A DNA stretch of 64,000 nucleotides from Thermoplasmata archaeon (GTDB lineage: Archaea > Thermoplasmatota > Thermoplasmata > Lutacidiplasmatales > UBA184). The DNA lies in contig DASPVQ010000006.1 in assembly GCA_035622275.1 (NCBI GenBank), forward strand, positions 2,455 through 66,454. The letters run 5' to 3'. The position numbers were made by a program, and so were the translations under genes. Shown here piece by piece: positions 26,462 through 35,338 of the stretch (its first letter is position 1; every line of letters starts with the position of its first letter). The notes beneath the pieces are model-generated. The model saw only the letters and a list, made by a program, of their open reading frames with translations, had not been told where the DNA came from and ran no database searches.

Positions 26462-28942
26462 CTACCCGACCGCGCCGGTCATCTCGAGCTGGATCAGCCG
26501 GTTGAGCTCCAGCGCGTAGTCGACCGGGAGCTCCTTCGCGAACTCGGCCAGGAAGCCCATCAGGATCAGGTGGATCGCGTCGGACTCGTTGAGCCCCCGG
26601 CTCATCAGGTAGAAGATCTGCTCCTCCCCGATCTTCCCGACGACGGCCTCGTGGGTGATGGTCGCGTCCTCCTCGTGGATCTCGTTGTACGGGTAGGTGT
26701 CGGAGCGGCCCAGCTCGTCGGGCAGGAGGGCGTCGCACCGCACCGCCGCCTTGACGCCGGTCGCGCCCGGGGCGACGTGGAGGAGGCCGCGGTAGCTCGT
26801 CTGGCCGCCGCGGATCGCGATCGACTTCGCGATGATCTTGCTCGAGGTGTCGGGGGCGGAGTGGACCGCCTTGGCGCCCGAGTCGATGATCTGGCCCTCG
26901 CTCGCGAAGGCGACCGACAGGATGTCGGCGCGCGCGCCGCGGCCGCGCAGGTAGACCGACGGGTACTTCATCGTCACCTTCGAGCCCATGTTGCCGTCGA
27001 CCCACTCGACCAGCGAGCTCTCGTAACCGACCGCCCGCTTCGTGACCAGGTTGTAGACGTTCTTCGACCAGTTCTGGATCGTCGTGTACCGTAGCTTCGC
27101 GTACGGCTCGGCGACCACCTCAACGACCGCCGCGTGCAGCGAGTCGGTGGAGTAGACGGGCGCCGTGCAGTTGTGTACCGAGAATCCCTTGACGAGGTAG
27201 GTGTTGTTCGAGCCCACCACGTGGAAGTTGTGGACGTTCCCGCGGTACGGGGTCCGCCGGATCTTCCGGATCGGGACGAGGAACGCGTTCCCGGCGCGCC
27301 GCACGGCGTGCGCCCGCTTTCCGACCTGGTGGTAGACGATGTACGTCTTCCGGTGGTGGACCTTGCGGCCGCTCTTCATCGTCTCGTCGAACGGCTCGCG
27401 AACGTTGATCGTCGCGAATACCCCCTGGCGCGCCTGCAGCTCCTGAACTTGGAACGCGACCTGCCGGGAGATCGTCATGACACGGTGCACGGTCCCGCTC
27501 CGCTGGTAGACGTTACCGTCGCCGTTGTAGTACTTCTCGAGGAGAATGCGCTGCTTCGCCGGCGGCAGCTCCATCACGGCCTTGCTGAGACGCTTCTCAC
27601 CGGCGTTCTTGCCGGCGTGCTCGACGCAGAAGCTGTAGAGCTCCCGAGAGTAGACGCCCACGGTCGCGGCGTGCTTCTTCGGTTCGGGATAGCTCCACGC
27701 CTGCTCGCCCGTGAGCTCCCGGATCGCTGCGGAGACCTCCGCGACGTACTCCCGCTCGTCGCGGTGGAAGGTGAACGTGACCGCGTCGCACCCGTTGATC
27801 TGCTGAGCGCACCCTTCGGCGAGGTAGTAGCCGAGCAGTGACAAGGCCGCGGGGCTGAACCGGGGGTCGTCGTGCTCGGTCCGGTTGATCGGGTAGTGGA
27901 CGAAGTCGCCCGGAACGAGCTTGCCGGCCGGCACGAACTCGGGCTGAGCCGCCTCCAGACGCCGCGGGTCGACGTCCGAGAGCGCCCGGTTCGTCCGCCG
28001 GCAGACGCTGACCTTGCGCCGGGGGACGCAGAGAACCGGATGCTCCGGGGTCAACTGGAACGCGTTCCCGACCGAGACCGGAGTGACGCCGATCAGCTCG
28101 CCATCGAACGGTCGGACCATCGTCTTCTCGACCGTGGTCTCTGCGCCGTCGCTGTTGAGAACCGGCTGCCCCGCGGAGATCTGCTCGATCGGCGTGAGCT
28201 CGTCGCCGACAAGGACCTCCTCGCCGACCGGAAGGCAGCCCTCAAGGTAATGCACTTTCGAGCCTTTGTCACCGATGATCAGTGTCCGTTCAAACTGACC
28301 CACGTTCTTAGCGTTAATCCGGAAGTACGCCTGGAGCGGGATCTTGCAGTCGACGTTCGGCGGGATGTAGACGAAGCTTCCGCCGGACCATACCGCGCTA
28401 TTGAGGGCGGCGAACTTGTTGTCGTTGTACGGGACGATCCGACCGAAGTACTTCCGGACGAGGTCCGGATGCTCGCGGACGGCCGAGTCCGTGTCGCAGA
28501 AGATGATGCCCTGCGCCGCGAGGTCCTCGCGGAGCTTGTGGTACATCGTGCCGCTGTCGTACTGCGCGCCGACGCCGCCGAAGTACTCGCGTTCGGCCTT
28601 CGGGATCCCGAGCTTTTCGAACGTGTTCTTGATGTCGGCGGGAAGGTCGTCCCAGCTGCGCTTGGTCTCGCCCTCGAGCAGCGGATTCGCGTAGTACGTG
28701 TACGCGTCGAAGTCGATGTCGCTGAGGTCGGGCCCCCAGTCGGGCATCGGTCGCTCGACGAAGTGGGCGTACGCCCGGAGGCGGTACTCCCGCATCCAGT
28801 CGGGTTCCTTCTTGAAATCGGAGATCTGCTCTACGACCTCGCGAGACAACCCCTTCGCGATCCGAAGGCGGTACGTCTCGGGATTCTTGAAATCGTAACG
28901 CGTGTAGTCGAGCGGCGTGATCTCCTGCGCCGTTTGCGCCAT
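26462..28942 (-). CDS. sufB: Fe-S cluster assembly protein SufB, intein-containing
   Basis: FAALNSAVWSGGSF, GQFERTL, YLEG|...|CTAP and YLMSRGL motifs; ATG at 28942. Confidence 0.96.
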   Translation of the reverse strand: MAQTAQEITPLDYTRYDFKNPETYRLRIAKGLSREVVEQISDFKKEPDWMREYRLRAYAHFVERPMPDWGPDLSDIDFDAYTYYANPLLEGETKRSWDDLPADIKNTFEKLGIPKAEREYFGGVGAQYDSGTMYHKLREDLAAQGIIFCDTDSAVREHPDLVRKYFGRIVPYNDNKFAALNSAVWSGGSFVYIPPNVDCKIPLQAYFRINAKNVGQFERTLIIGDKGSKVHYLEGCLPVGEEVLVGDELTPIEQISAGQPVLNSDGAETTVEKTMVRPFDGELIGVTPVSVGNAFQLTPEHPVLCVPRRKVSVCRRTNRALSDVDPRRLEAAQPEFVPAGKLVPGDFVHYPINRTEHDDPRFSPAALSLLGYYLAEGCAQQINGCDAVTFTFHRDEREYVAEVSAAIRELTGEQAWSYPEPKKHAATVGVYSRELYSFCVEHAGKNAGEKRLSKAVMELPPAKQRILLEKYYNGDGNVYQRSGTVHRVMTISRQVAFQVQELQARQGVFATINVREPFDETMKSGRKVHHRKTYIVYHQVGKRAHAVRRAGNAFLVPIRKIRRTPYRGNVHNFHVVGSNNTYLVKGFSVHNCTAPVYSTDSLHAAVVEVVAEPYAKLRYTTIQNWSKNVYNLVTKRAVGYESSLVEWVDGNMGSKVTMKYPSVYLRGRGARADILSVAFASEGQIIDSGAKAVHSAPDTSSKIIAKSIAIRGGQTSYRGLLHVAPGATGVKAAVRCDALLPDELGRSDTYPYNEIHEEDATITHEAVVGKIGEEQIFYLMSRGLNESDAIHLILMGFLAEFAKELPVDYALELNRLIQLEMTGAVG
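27170..28237 (-). mobile_element. Intein (356 aa) with LAGLIDADG homing endonuclease
   Basis: Starts CLPVG and ends VHN followed by +1 Cys; block B TPEHP; endonuclease blocks LLGYYLAEG and YYNGDG. Confidence 0.95.
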
Positions 28943-28955
28943 GAGCCCCTCGGGC

Positions 28956-28981
28956 AATTCGAGCACCCCGGCGTATTTAAA
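28956..28981 (-). promoter_or_regulatory. sufB promoter: TATA box plus degenerate motif
   Basis: TTTAA-10 nt-GTGCTCGAATT, same spacing as the sufD and sufR boxes. Confidence 0.45.
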
Positions 28982-29101
28982 TGAGAGGTCGCGACGGCGG
29001 CGACAGGGCGGTTCTCCTCGAAGACCGGTGACGGCCGGTGACGATTTTCGGCACGGACGCTACACCCACCGTCGGAGCGCGTGGGGCTCGCTCGACCGCC
29101 A

Positions 29102-30328
29102 CTAGGCGAAGACTCCCGCCACCCGGACCAGGCCGTCGACGAGGCGGTCGATCTCGGTCTCGGTGTTGTACAGGTAGGGGCTCGCACGCGTGAGGGCGGG
29201 AACGTTCAGGCGCTCCATCAGCGGCTGGCAGCAGTGGTGCCCCGCGCGGACCTCGATGCCTTCGCCGTCGAGCAGCTGGGCCACGTCGTGGGGATGGGCG
29301 CCCCGCATCGAGAACGACAGGACGCCCTGGCGCTCCTCGGACGCCTCGGGACCGTAGACGCGGACCCGGTCCCCGAGACGCGACTCGAGCCCGGCGACCG
29401 CGCGCTCGAAGAGCCGACGCTCGTGGGCCGCGAGGTCCTGCCAGCCGGCCGCCTCGAGATAGTCGAGCGCCGCGGCGAGGCCGATCGCCCCGGCGACGTT
29501 CGGGGTGCCGGCTTCGAAGCGGCCCGGCGGCTCGCGGTAGCCGACCCTGTCCTGGTGCACCTCGCTGATCATCTCCCCGCCCCCGGCGGTCGGCGGCATC
29601 CGCGCGAGCAGTTCCCGGCGTCCCCAGAGCACGCCGATGCCCATCGGTCCGAGGACCTTGTGGCCGGAGAAGGCCAGCAGGTCCGCCCCGAGCGCGCCGA
29701 CGTCCAGGGCTCGGTGCGGGGCCGACTGCGCCGCGTCGACCACAACGACGGCGCCCACCGCATGCGCCCGGTCGGCGATCTCCCGGACCGGGTTCACGGT
29801 GCCGAGGACGTTCGAGGCGTGCGTGACCGCCACGACCTTCGTGCGACGGTCCAGCAGCCGGTCGAGCTGGTCGAGCCGGAGCCGGCCGGCGTCGTCCACG
29901 TCCACGAACTCCAGGTCGATGCCCTTCTGTTCGCGCAGCAGGTGCCACGGCACGATGTTGGAGTGGTGCTCCATCACGGTGGTCACGACCCGATCGCCCC
30001 GCTGCAGCACGAGCCGCCCGAGGCTCGCCGCAGCGACGTTCAGCGCCTCCGTGGTGCCTCGTACGAACACGACCTCGTCGGCGTCCTTCGCGCGGAGGAA
30101 CCGTCGGACGCGGTCCCGCGCGGCCTCGTAGGCGTCGGTCGCCTCGACGCTCAGGGCGTAGACCCCGCGGTGCACGTTCGAGTTGTGCTCCGCGTAGAAG
30201 CGGTCCTCGGCGTCCAGCACACACTGCGGCTTCTGGGAGGTCGCCGCCGAGTCGAGGTAGACGAGGGGCCGGCCGTTGACCGTCCTCCGCAGGATCGGGA
30301 AGTCCGCCCGGATCCGATCGACGTCCAT
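29102..30328 (-). CDS. sufS: Cysteine desulfurase (group II)
   Basis: YLDSAATSQKP, FSGHK and RAGHHC motifs. Confidence 0.96.
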   Translation of the reverse strand: MDVDRIRADFPILRRTVNGRPLVYLDSAATSQKPQCVLDAEDRFYAEHNSNVHRGVYALSVEATDAYEAARDRVRRFLRAKDADEVVFVRGTTEALNVAAASLGRLVLQRGDRVVTTVMEHHSNIVPWHLLREQKGIDLEFVDVDDAGRLRLDQLDRLLDRRTKVVAVTHASNVLGTVNPVREIADRAHAVGAVVVVDAAQSAPHRALDVGALGADLLAFSGHKVLGPMGIGVLWGRRELLARMPPTAGGGEMISEVHQDRVGYREPPGRFEAGTPNVAGAIGLAAALDYLEAAGWQDLAAHERRLFERAVAGLESRLGDRVRVYGPEASEERQGVLSFSMRGAHPHDVAQLLDGEGIEVRAGHHCCQPLMERLNVPALTRASPYLYNTETEIDRLVDGLVRVAGVFA

Positions 30329-30359
30329 GACCGTAGGAGCCCAGGAACGCTCGCGACGG

Positions 30360-31136
30360 CTACGCGGCGCCGACGAGGCCGACCTTCACCCAGTCGTACC
30401 CCTTCGCCTCGAGCTCCTGCGCGAGCTTCTGGCCGCCGGAGAGGGCGATGACGCCATCGACCATCACGTGCACGCTGTCGGGATGGAGGAACTGCAGAAT
30501 CCGCTGGTAGTGGGTGATCACGAGGATACCGGCGTCCGGCCGGCGCAACTTCGCGACGGTCTCCCCCACCGCGCGCACGGCGTCGATGTCGAGTCCGGAG
30601 TCCGGCTCGTCGAGGACCGCGAAGCGCGGATCCAGCGTCGCCATCTGCAGCACCTCGACGCGCTTCTTCTCGCCCCCCGAGAACCCCTCGTTGAGGGAGC
30701 GCTTCAGCAGGGCCGGATCCATCCCGAGGTAGTCGAGGTGGGTCTTGAGGTCCGCATCGTACTGGGACATCGTGCTCGACGCGTCGGCGTGCCGCATCGA
30801 GTAGGTCGTCCAGAGGAACTTCGACAACGATAGCCCGGAGACCTCCTGCGGGTACTGGAACCCAAGAAAGAGCCCCGCCTTGGAACGCTGGTCGACGGGC
30901 AACGCGAGGAGGTCCTTGCCATCGAGCCGGGCGGTCCCCTGCGTCACTTTGTACTTGGGGTGTCCCATGAGGGCGTAGGCGAGCGTGCTTTTGCCCGAGC
31001 CGTTCGGGCCCATCAGGGCCGACAGCTCGCCCGAGCGGAGGCTCAGCGTGACACCCTTGAGAATCTCCTTGCCGGCGACCTCGGCGTGAAGGTTTTCTAC
31101 GACCAGCGTGTGATGGGGGCCCACGGGTTCCGTCAT
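30360..31136 (-). CDS. sufC: SUF ABC ATPase
   Basis: GPNGSGKST, FSGGEKKR, LDEPDSGLDID. Confidence 0.96.
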   Translation of the reverse strand: MTEPVGPHHTLVVENLHAEVAGKEILKGVTLSLRSGELSALMGPNGSGKSTLAYALMGHPKYKVTQGTARLDGKDLLALPVDQRSKAGLFLGFQYPQEVSGLSLSKFLWTTYSMRHADASSTMSQYDADLKTHLDYLGMDPALLKRSLNEGFSGGEKKRVEVLQMATLDPRFAVLDEPDSGLDIDAVRAVGETVAKLRRPDAGILVITHYQRILQFLHPDSVHVMVDGVIALSGGQKLAQELEAKGYDWVKVGLVGAA

Positions 31137-31163
31137 GCTCCGAGGGAGAACGAGCCGATACCG

Positions 31164-31191
31164 TTATTTAAGCATGGCGCGGTGTGTAAAT
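31164..31191 (+). promoter_or_regulatory. sufC/sufR divergent promoter with GTGTGTAAAT motif
   Basis: TTATTTAA-10 nt-GTGTGTAAAT, the same 10-mer and spacing as upstream of sufD. Confidence 0.6.
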
Positions 31192-31235
31192 CCCGAACCC
31201 CGTCGGGACGCCCGCCGGCGTTCGGATCGGATCCG

Positions 31236-31883
31236 ATGAGCGCCTCCGCGAGCGGCACGCTAGAAGGGACGCGGGGCCGGATCCTGGAGGAGCTCGCCTC
31301 CGCCCCCCGGACCGCGCGCGACCTCGCCAAGAAGCTCGGGATCCAGGAGAGCGCCGCCCGAGGGCATCTCGAGCGGATGGAGGACAAGGGGCTCGTGGTC
31401 CCCTCCTTCCGGCGGGAGGGGGTCGGTCGCCCTCGCAAGCGCTACCTGCTCACCGACCAGGGCCAGGACCTGTTCCCGAAGAAGTACGACCTGATCCTCG
31501 ACAGCGTGGTCGACGAGCTGCTCGCCCGCGAGGGCGAAGGGTTCGTGAGCGCCCTCTTCGCGGAGGCGGCTCGCCGGATGGCCGGCCAGATCGCCAAGGA
31601 GATTCCGAAGGGCGGTTCGACCGAGGAGAAGGCGCGCCATCTGGTCGCGGCCCTCAACCACCTCGGCTTCCGCTCCTCGACCGAGCGCAGCGCGGACGGC
31701 CACCTGAGGATCGTGCGCGCCAACTGCATCTTCCGCCACAGCGCGCTCACGCATCCCTACCTCCTCTGCGACGTGTTCGACAAGAACCTCACCGAGGCGC
31801 TCCTCGGCGAGGTCGGGGTCGACCTCGAGGACTCGATCGGTCGCGGGGGGATGCGCTGTACGCATCTGATCCAGCTCCGCTGA
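31236..31883 (+). CDS. SufR-like Fe-S-sensing HTH transcriptional regulator
   Basis: N-terminal wHTH (GRPRKRYLLT), C-terminal Cys triad (NCIF, LCD, RC); divergent from sufC. Confidence 0.8.
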   Translation: MSASASGTLEGTRGRILEELASAPRTARDLAKKLGIQESAARGHLERMEDKGLVVPSFRREGVGRPRKRYLLTDQGQDLFPKKYDLILDSVVDELLAREGEGFVSALFAEAARRMAGQIAKEIPKGGSTEEKARHLVAALNHLGFRSSTERSADGHLRIVRANCIFRHSALTHPYLLCDVFDKNLTEALLGEVGVDLEDSIGRGGMRCTHLIQLR

Positions 31884-32815
31884 GCGGATCGGCGTCCGCG
31901 CTGCGACCCCGAGGACCGGACCCCGACGACCCCCTCCTCGGCGCGGTCGGCGGCACGCCGCTCGTTCCGCTCGCGCGACTGCCCGAGCCGTGTCTCGGCC
32001 AGTTCGAGCTGTGGGGGAAGGCCGAGTTCCTCAACCCGAGCGGCTCGGTCAAAGATCGCGCGGCGCTCGAGATCGTCCGGTCGGGTCTCTCGAGCGGCAC
32101 CCTGGCGGAGGGCCGGACCCTGATCGATGCGTCGAGCGGGAACACGGCCGTCGCCTATGCGATGCTCGGTGCGCGGCTCGGCTTTGCGGTCGAGCTGTGC
32201 CTCCCGCGCACCGTGAGCCCGGAGCGGCTCGAACGGATCTCCCGCTACGGCGCGACCGTGGTCTTCACCGACCCCGCCGAGGGGACCGATGGCGCGCAGC
32301 GGGAGGCGAAGCGTCGCGCCGCGGCCGCGCCGGATCGCTACTTCTACCCCGACCAGTACAACCATCCGGCGAACCCGCTCGCGCACTACCGCGGCACGGG
32401 GCCCGAGATCTGGGAGCAGAGCCGCGGGCGCCTGACGCATTTCGTGGCCGGCGTCGGGACGGGGGGAACGGTGTCGGGCGCGGGACGATTCCTCAAGGAG
32501 AAGCGGGCGGACCTGAGGGTGATCGGAGTGGAGCCGTCGGGCCCGCTGCACGGCCTGGAAGGACTCAAGCACCTTCCGACCGCGCTACGACCGTCGACGT
32601 ACGATGCGCGCGTGGTCGACGAGACCGTCCGCATCGAGACGGAGGCGGCCCAGCGGATGCAGCGGCGGCTCGCGACCGAGGAGGGACTCGCGGTCGGGGT
32701 GTCGTCCGGCGCCGCGGTCCTCGCCGCGCTCGATGTCGGCGCCCGGGCGCCGGGTGCGGTGATCGTGACGGTGCTGCCGGACGCCGGGCACCTCGCCGGA
32801 GGCGCGACCGCGTGA
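31880..32815 (+). CDS. PLP-dependent cysteine synthase (CysM/CysK family); start codon non-canonical or uncertain
   Basis: In-frame GGTPLV, KAEFLNPSGSVKDR, SSGNT, DQYNHPAN and GVGTGGT; no ATG/GTG/TTG upstream of the PLP lysine; CTG at 31880 or 31901. Confidence 0.85.
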   Translation: MSGSASALRPRGPDPDDPLLGAVGGTPLVPLARLPEPCLGQFELWGKAEFLNPSGSVKDRAALEIVRSGLSSGTLAEGRTLIDASSGNTAVAYAMLGARLGFAVELCLPRTVSPERLERISRYGATVVFTDPAEGTDGAQREAKRRAAAAPDRYFYPDQYNHPANPLAHYRGTGPEIWEQSRGRLTHFVAGVGTGGTVSGAGRFLKEKRADLRVIGVEPSGPLHGLEGLKHLPTALRPSTYDARVVDETVRIETEAAQRMQRRLATEEGLAVGVSSGAAVLAALDVGARAPGAVIVTVLPDAGHLAGGATA

Positions 32816-33267
32816 GGGCGATCGAGCTGCCCTCGCCGCTGGTCGAGGCGATGGGCCGCCATGCCCGTGCGAGCTACCCGGAGGAGTGCTGCGGCTTCCT
32901 GATCGGCGCGCTCGATCCCCCCGAGCCGACCGGGCGGCGCCGCCTCTTGGAGGTCGAGCCGGCCGCCAACGAGTTCGACGGCGAGCGAAGTCGGCGCTTC
33001 ATGATCCGGCCACGGGACCTCCTCGAGGCCGAGCGCCGGCGCGAGGGTACGGACCGGATGGTCGCCGGCTTCTACCACTCCCACCCGGACCACCCGGCCC
33101 GCCCGTCGGCGTTCGACCAGGAGCACGCGCTCCCGTGGTACACGTACATCGTCCTCTCGGTCACCGCGCAGGAGGTGCCGACCCTGGGCGCGTTCGAGCT
33201 CGACGAGGCCACCCGCATCTTCCACGAAGTGCCGGTCGTCCCGCCCGCGGCACTGGACCGCGGGTAA
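32812..33267 (+). CDS. JAB/MPN+ (Mec-like) metalloprotease
   Basis: YPEECCG and YHSHP-x-H-x4-PS-x2-D motifs; GTG overlaps the upstream TGA. Confidence 0.92.
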   Translation: MRAIELPSPLVEAMGRHARASYPEECCGFLIGALDPPEPTGRRRLLEVEPAANEFDGERSRRFMIRPRDLLEAERRREGTDRMVAGFYHSHPDHPARPSAFDQEHALPWYTYIVLSVTAQEVPTLGAFELDEATRIFHEVPVVPPAALDRG

Positions 33268-33304
33268 CGCAGAGCCTATGAGGAGTGTCGGTCCGGTAGG
33301 GTCG

Positions 33305-34792
33305 ATGGGGCGCGTCACCGTCCGCCTGCCCACGCCGCTGCGCGCGTTCGCGGGCGGCCACGCCGAGGTCGCCTCGGAGGGAGCGACGGTCGGCGCGGTC
33401 GTGCAGGGGGTCGCGAACGCCTACCCCGGGCTGCGGCCCCACCTGTTCACGGCGGACGGCGCCCTGCGCAACTTCGTCAGCGTCTACCTCAACGACGAGG
33501 ACGTCCGCTACCTCGAGCGGGACGCGACGCCGGTGAAGGACCGGGACGTCGTGTCGATCGTCCCGGCGATCGCGGGCGGGGCACCGAGCTCGGTCCAGCG
33601 CGCGCCCGCGCCGAACCCGCTCGCGGTGCTCCCGAACGCGCCGGCCGACACGTTCGGCCGGGACGAGCTGCGCCGCTACAGCCGTCACCTCCTCCTGCCC
33701 GAGGTCGGCGTCGAGGGGCAGAAGGCGCTGCGGCGGGCCAAGGTGCTGCTCGTCGGCGCGGGCGGCCTCGGCTCGCCCACCGCGCTCTACCTCACGGCGG
33801 CCGGCGTCGGCGAGATCGGGCTCGTCGATTTCGACGAGGTCGATCTCTCGAACCTGCAGCGCCAGGTCCTCTACACGACCAACGACCTCGGGCGGCCCAA
33901 GACCCAGGCCGCCCGCGAGCGCCTCGAGGCGCTCAACCCGGGCACCCGGATCGTGCCGGTCGCCGCACGCCTCACCGCGGAGAACGCGCTCGACGTCCTT
34001 GCGCCGTACGACGTGATCGTCGACGGGACCGACAACTTCCCGACCCGCTACCTCGTCAACGACGCCTGCGTCCTGCTCGGTAAGCCGAACGTCTACGGCT
34101 CGATCTACCGCTTCGAGGGCCAGGCGAGCGTGTTCGATGCGCGGACCGGTCCCTGCTACCGGTGCCTCTACGCCGAGCCCCCGCCCGCCGACCTCGTGCC
34201 CTCGTGCGCGGAGGGCGGCGTCCTCGGCGTCCTGCCCGGGCTGATCGGCCTGATCCAGGCGACCGAGACGGTGAAGCTGATCCTGGGCGCCGGCGAGCCG
34301 CTCGTGGGCCGACTGCTGCTCTACGACGCGCTCGCGATGCGCTTCCGCGAGCTCACGCTCCGCAAGAACCCGGCGTGCGTGATCTGCTCCCCGAACGCGA
34401 CCCAGCACGGGCTGATCGATTACCCCGCCTTCTGCGGTGTCCCCGCCCCGGGCGCCACGAGCGAATCGGCGGGCCTGCCCGAGATCTCGCCGGAGGAGCT
34501 GCGCGACGAGCTCGCCGGCCCGAGCCCGCCGATGCTGCTCGACGTGCGCGAGCCGAACGAGTGGGAGATCGTCCATCTCCCGCAGGCCCACCTGATCCCG
34601 CGCGCGCAACTGCCCGACCGGCTCAACGAGATCACCAGCGCCCAGCGGGTCGTCGTCTACTGCCGGACGGGCGGCCGTTCCGCCCAGGCGACCCGCCTGC
34701 TGCTCGACCTCGGATTCACGAACGTGCGCAACCTCTCCGGCGGCATCACCGCCTGGGCGCAGCGGATCGACCCGTCGCTGCCGACGTACTAG
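33305..34792 (+). CDS. Fusion: ThiS/MoaD-like Ubl + MoeB/ThiF E1-like adenylyltransferase + rhodanese
   Basis: Ubl ends IVPAIAGG (33580); RYSRH, GAGGLG, DGTDN, CYRC and SCAEGG; rhodanese LLDVRE and YCRTGGRS. Confidence 0.93.
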   Translation: MGRVTVRLPTPLRAFAGGHAEVASEGATVGAVVQGVANAYPGLRPHLFTADGALRNFVSVYLNDEDVRYLERDATPVKDRDVVSIVPAIAGGAPSSVQRAPAPNPLAVLPNAPADTFGRDELRRYSRHLLLPEVGVEGQKALRRAKVLLVGAGGLGSPTALYLTAAGVGEIGLVDFDEVDLSNLQRQVLYTTNDLGRPKTQAARERLEALNPGTRIVPVAARLTAENALDVLAPYDVIVDGTDNFPTRYLVNDACVLLGKPNVYGSIYRFEGQASVFDARTGPCYRCLYAEPPPADLVPSCAEGGVLGVLPGLIGLIQATETVKLILGAGEPLVGRLLLYDALAMRFRELTLRKNPACVICSPNATQHGLIDYPAFCGVPAPGATSESAGLPEISPEELRDELAGPSPPMLLDVREPNEWEIVHLPQAHLIPRAQLPDRLNEITSAQRVVVYCRTGGRSAQATRLLLDLGFTNVRNLSGGITAWAQRIDPSLPTY

Positions 34793-35298
34793 GCGCGGGC
34801 CGCGGCGGCCGGCGCGCCGTCATCCACCTCGAGCGGCCCGGCGTACGAGCGCACTCGCCGGGAGAGCTCGCGCGCAAACGCGGCCGGGTCCCGGGGCGAC
34901 ACGAACAGCGGGATCTCTCCCGCCGTCACCAGGACCCCGGCGGAGTCGGTGTGGATGGCGTCGAACGCGCCGACGCGCGGACTCCACATCCGGCCCCGCC
35001 AGCCCCATCCCCCGAAGAAGCCGACCGGCGAGAGGTCCCGGAAGCTCAGGATCTCGATGCGGCGCACGTCCCGCAGCGCGACGTTCCGGGAGCCGAACAG
35101 GCGCAGGGCCGACATCGCGGCCCGATCGATGCGGTAGGTCGTGGAGAGGTACCGGGCGAGCAGCACGAGGGTCAGCACGATCACGGCCTCGATCAGCCAC
35201 GGATACATGACGACCGGAGAGCGGACGCCGAGGAAGTACAGGATCAGCACGACGAACGCGTAGACACCGATCGTGGCAGCCGAGAGGTGGCCGTGCAT
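34789..35298 (-). CDS. Membrane protein with bacterial PH-like domain
   Basis: Two TM helices, then a FFGGWGWRG...VSPRDPAAF pattern. Confidence 0.6.
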   Translation of the reverse strand: MHGHLSAATIGVYAFVVLILYFLGVRSPVVMYPWLIEAVIVLTLVLLARYLSTTYRIDRAAMSALRLFGSRNVALRDVRRIEILSFRDLSPVGFFGGWGWRGRMWSPRVGAFDAIHTDSAGVLVTAGEIPLFVSPRDPAAFARELSRRVRSYAGPLEVDDGAPAAAARA

Positions 35299-35338
35299 CC
35301 GGAACGGCCGGCCGGGGACGGCCGCGCCCGCGCCCGGC

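Noticed and set aside
31845-31883. Programmed -1 frameshift at GGGGGG fusing SufR to CysM
   Set aside because: It would remove SufR's last conserved Cys. There is no canonical slippery heptamer or obvious stimulatory structure, so CTG coupling is simpler.
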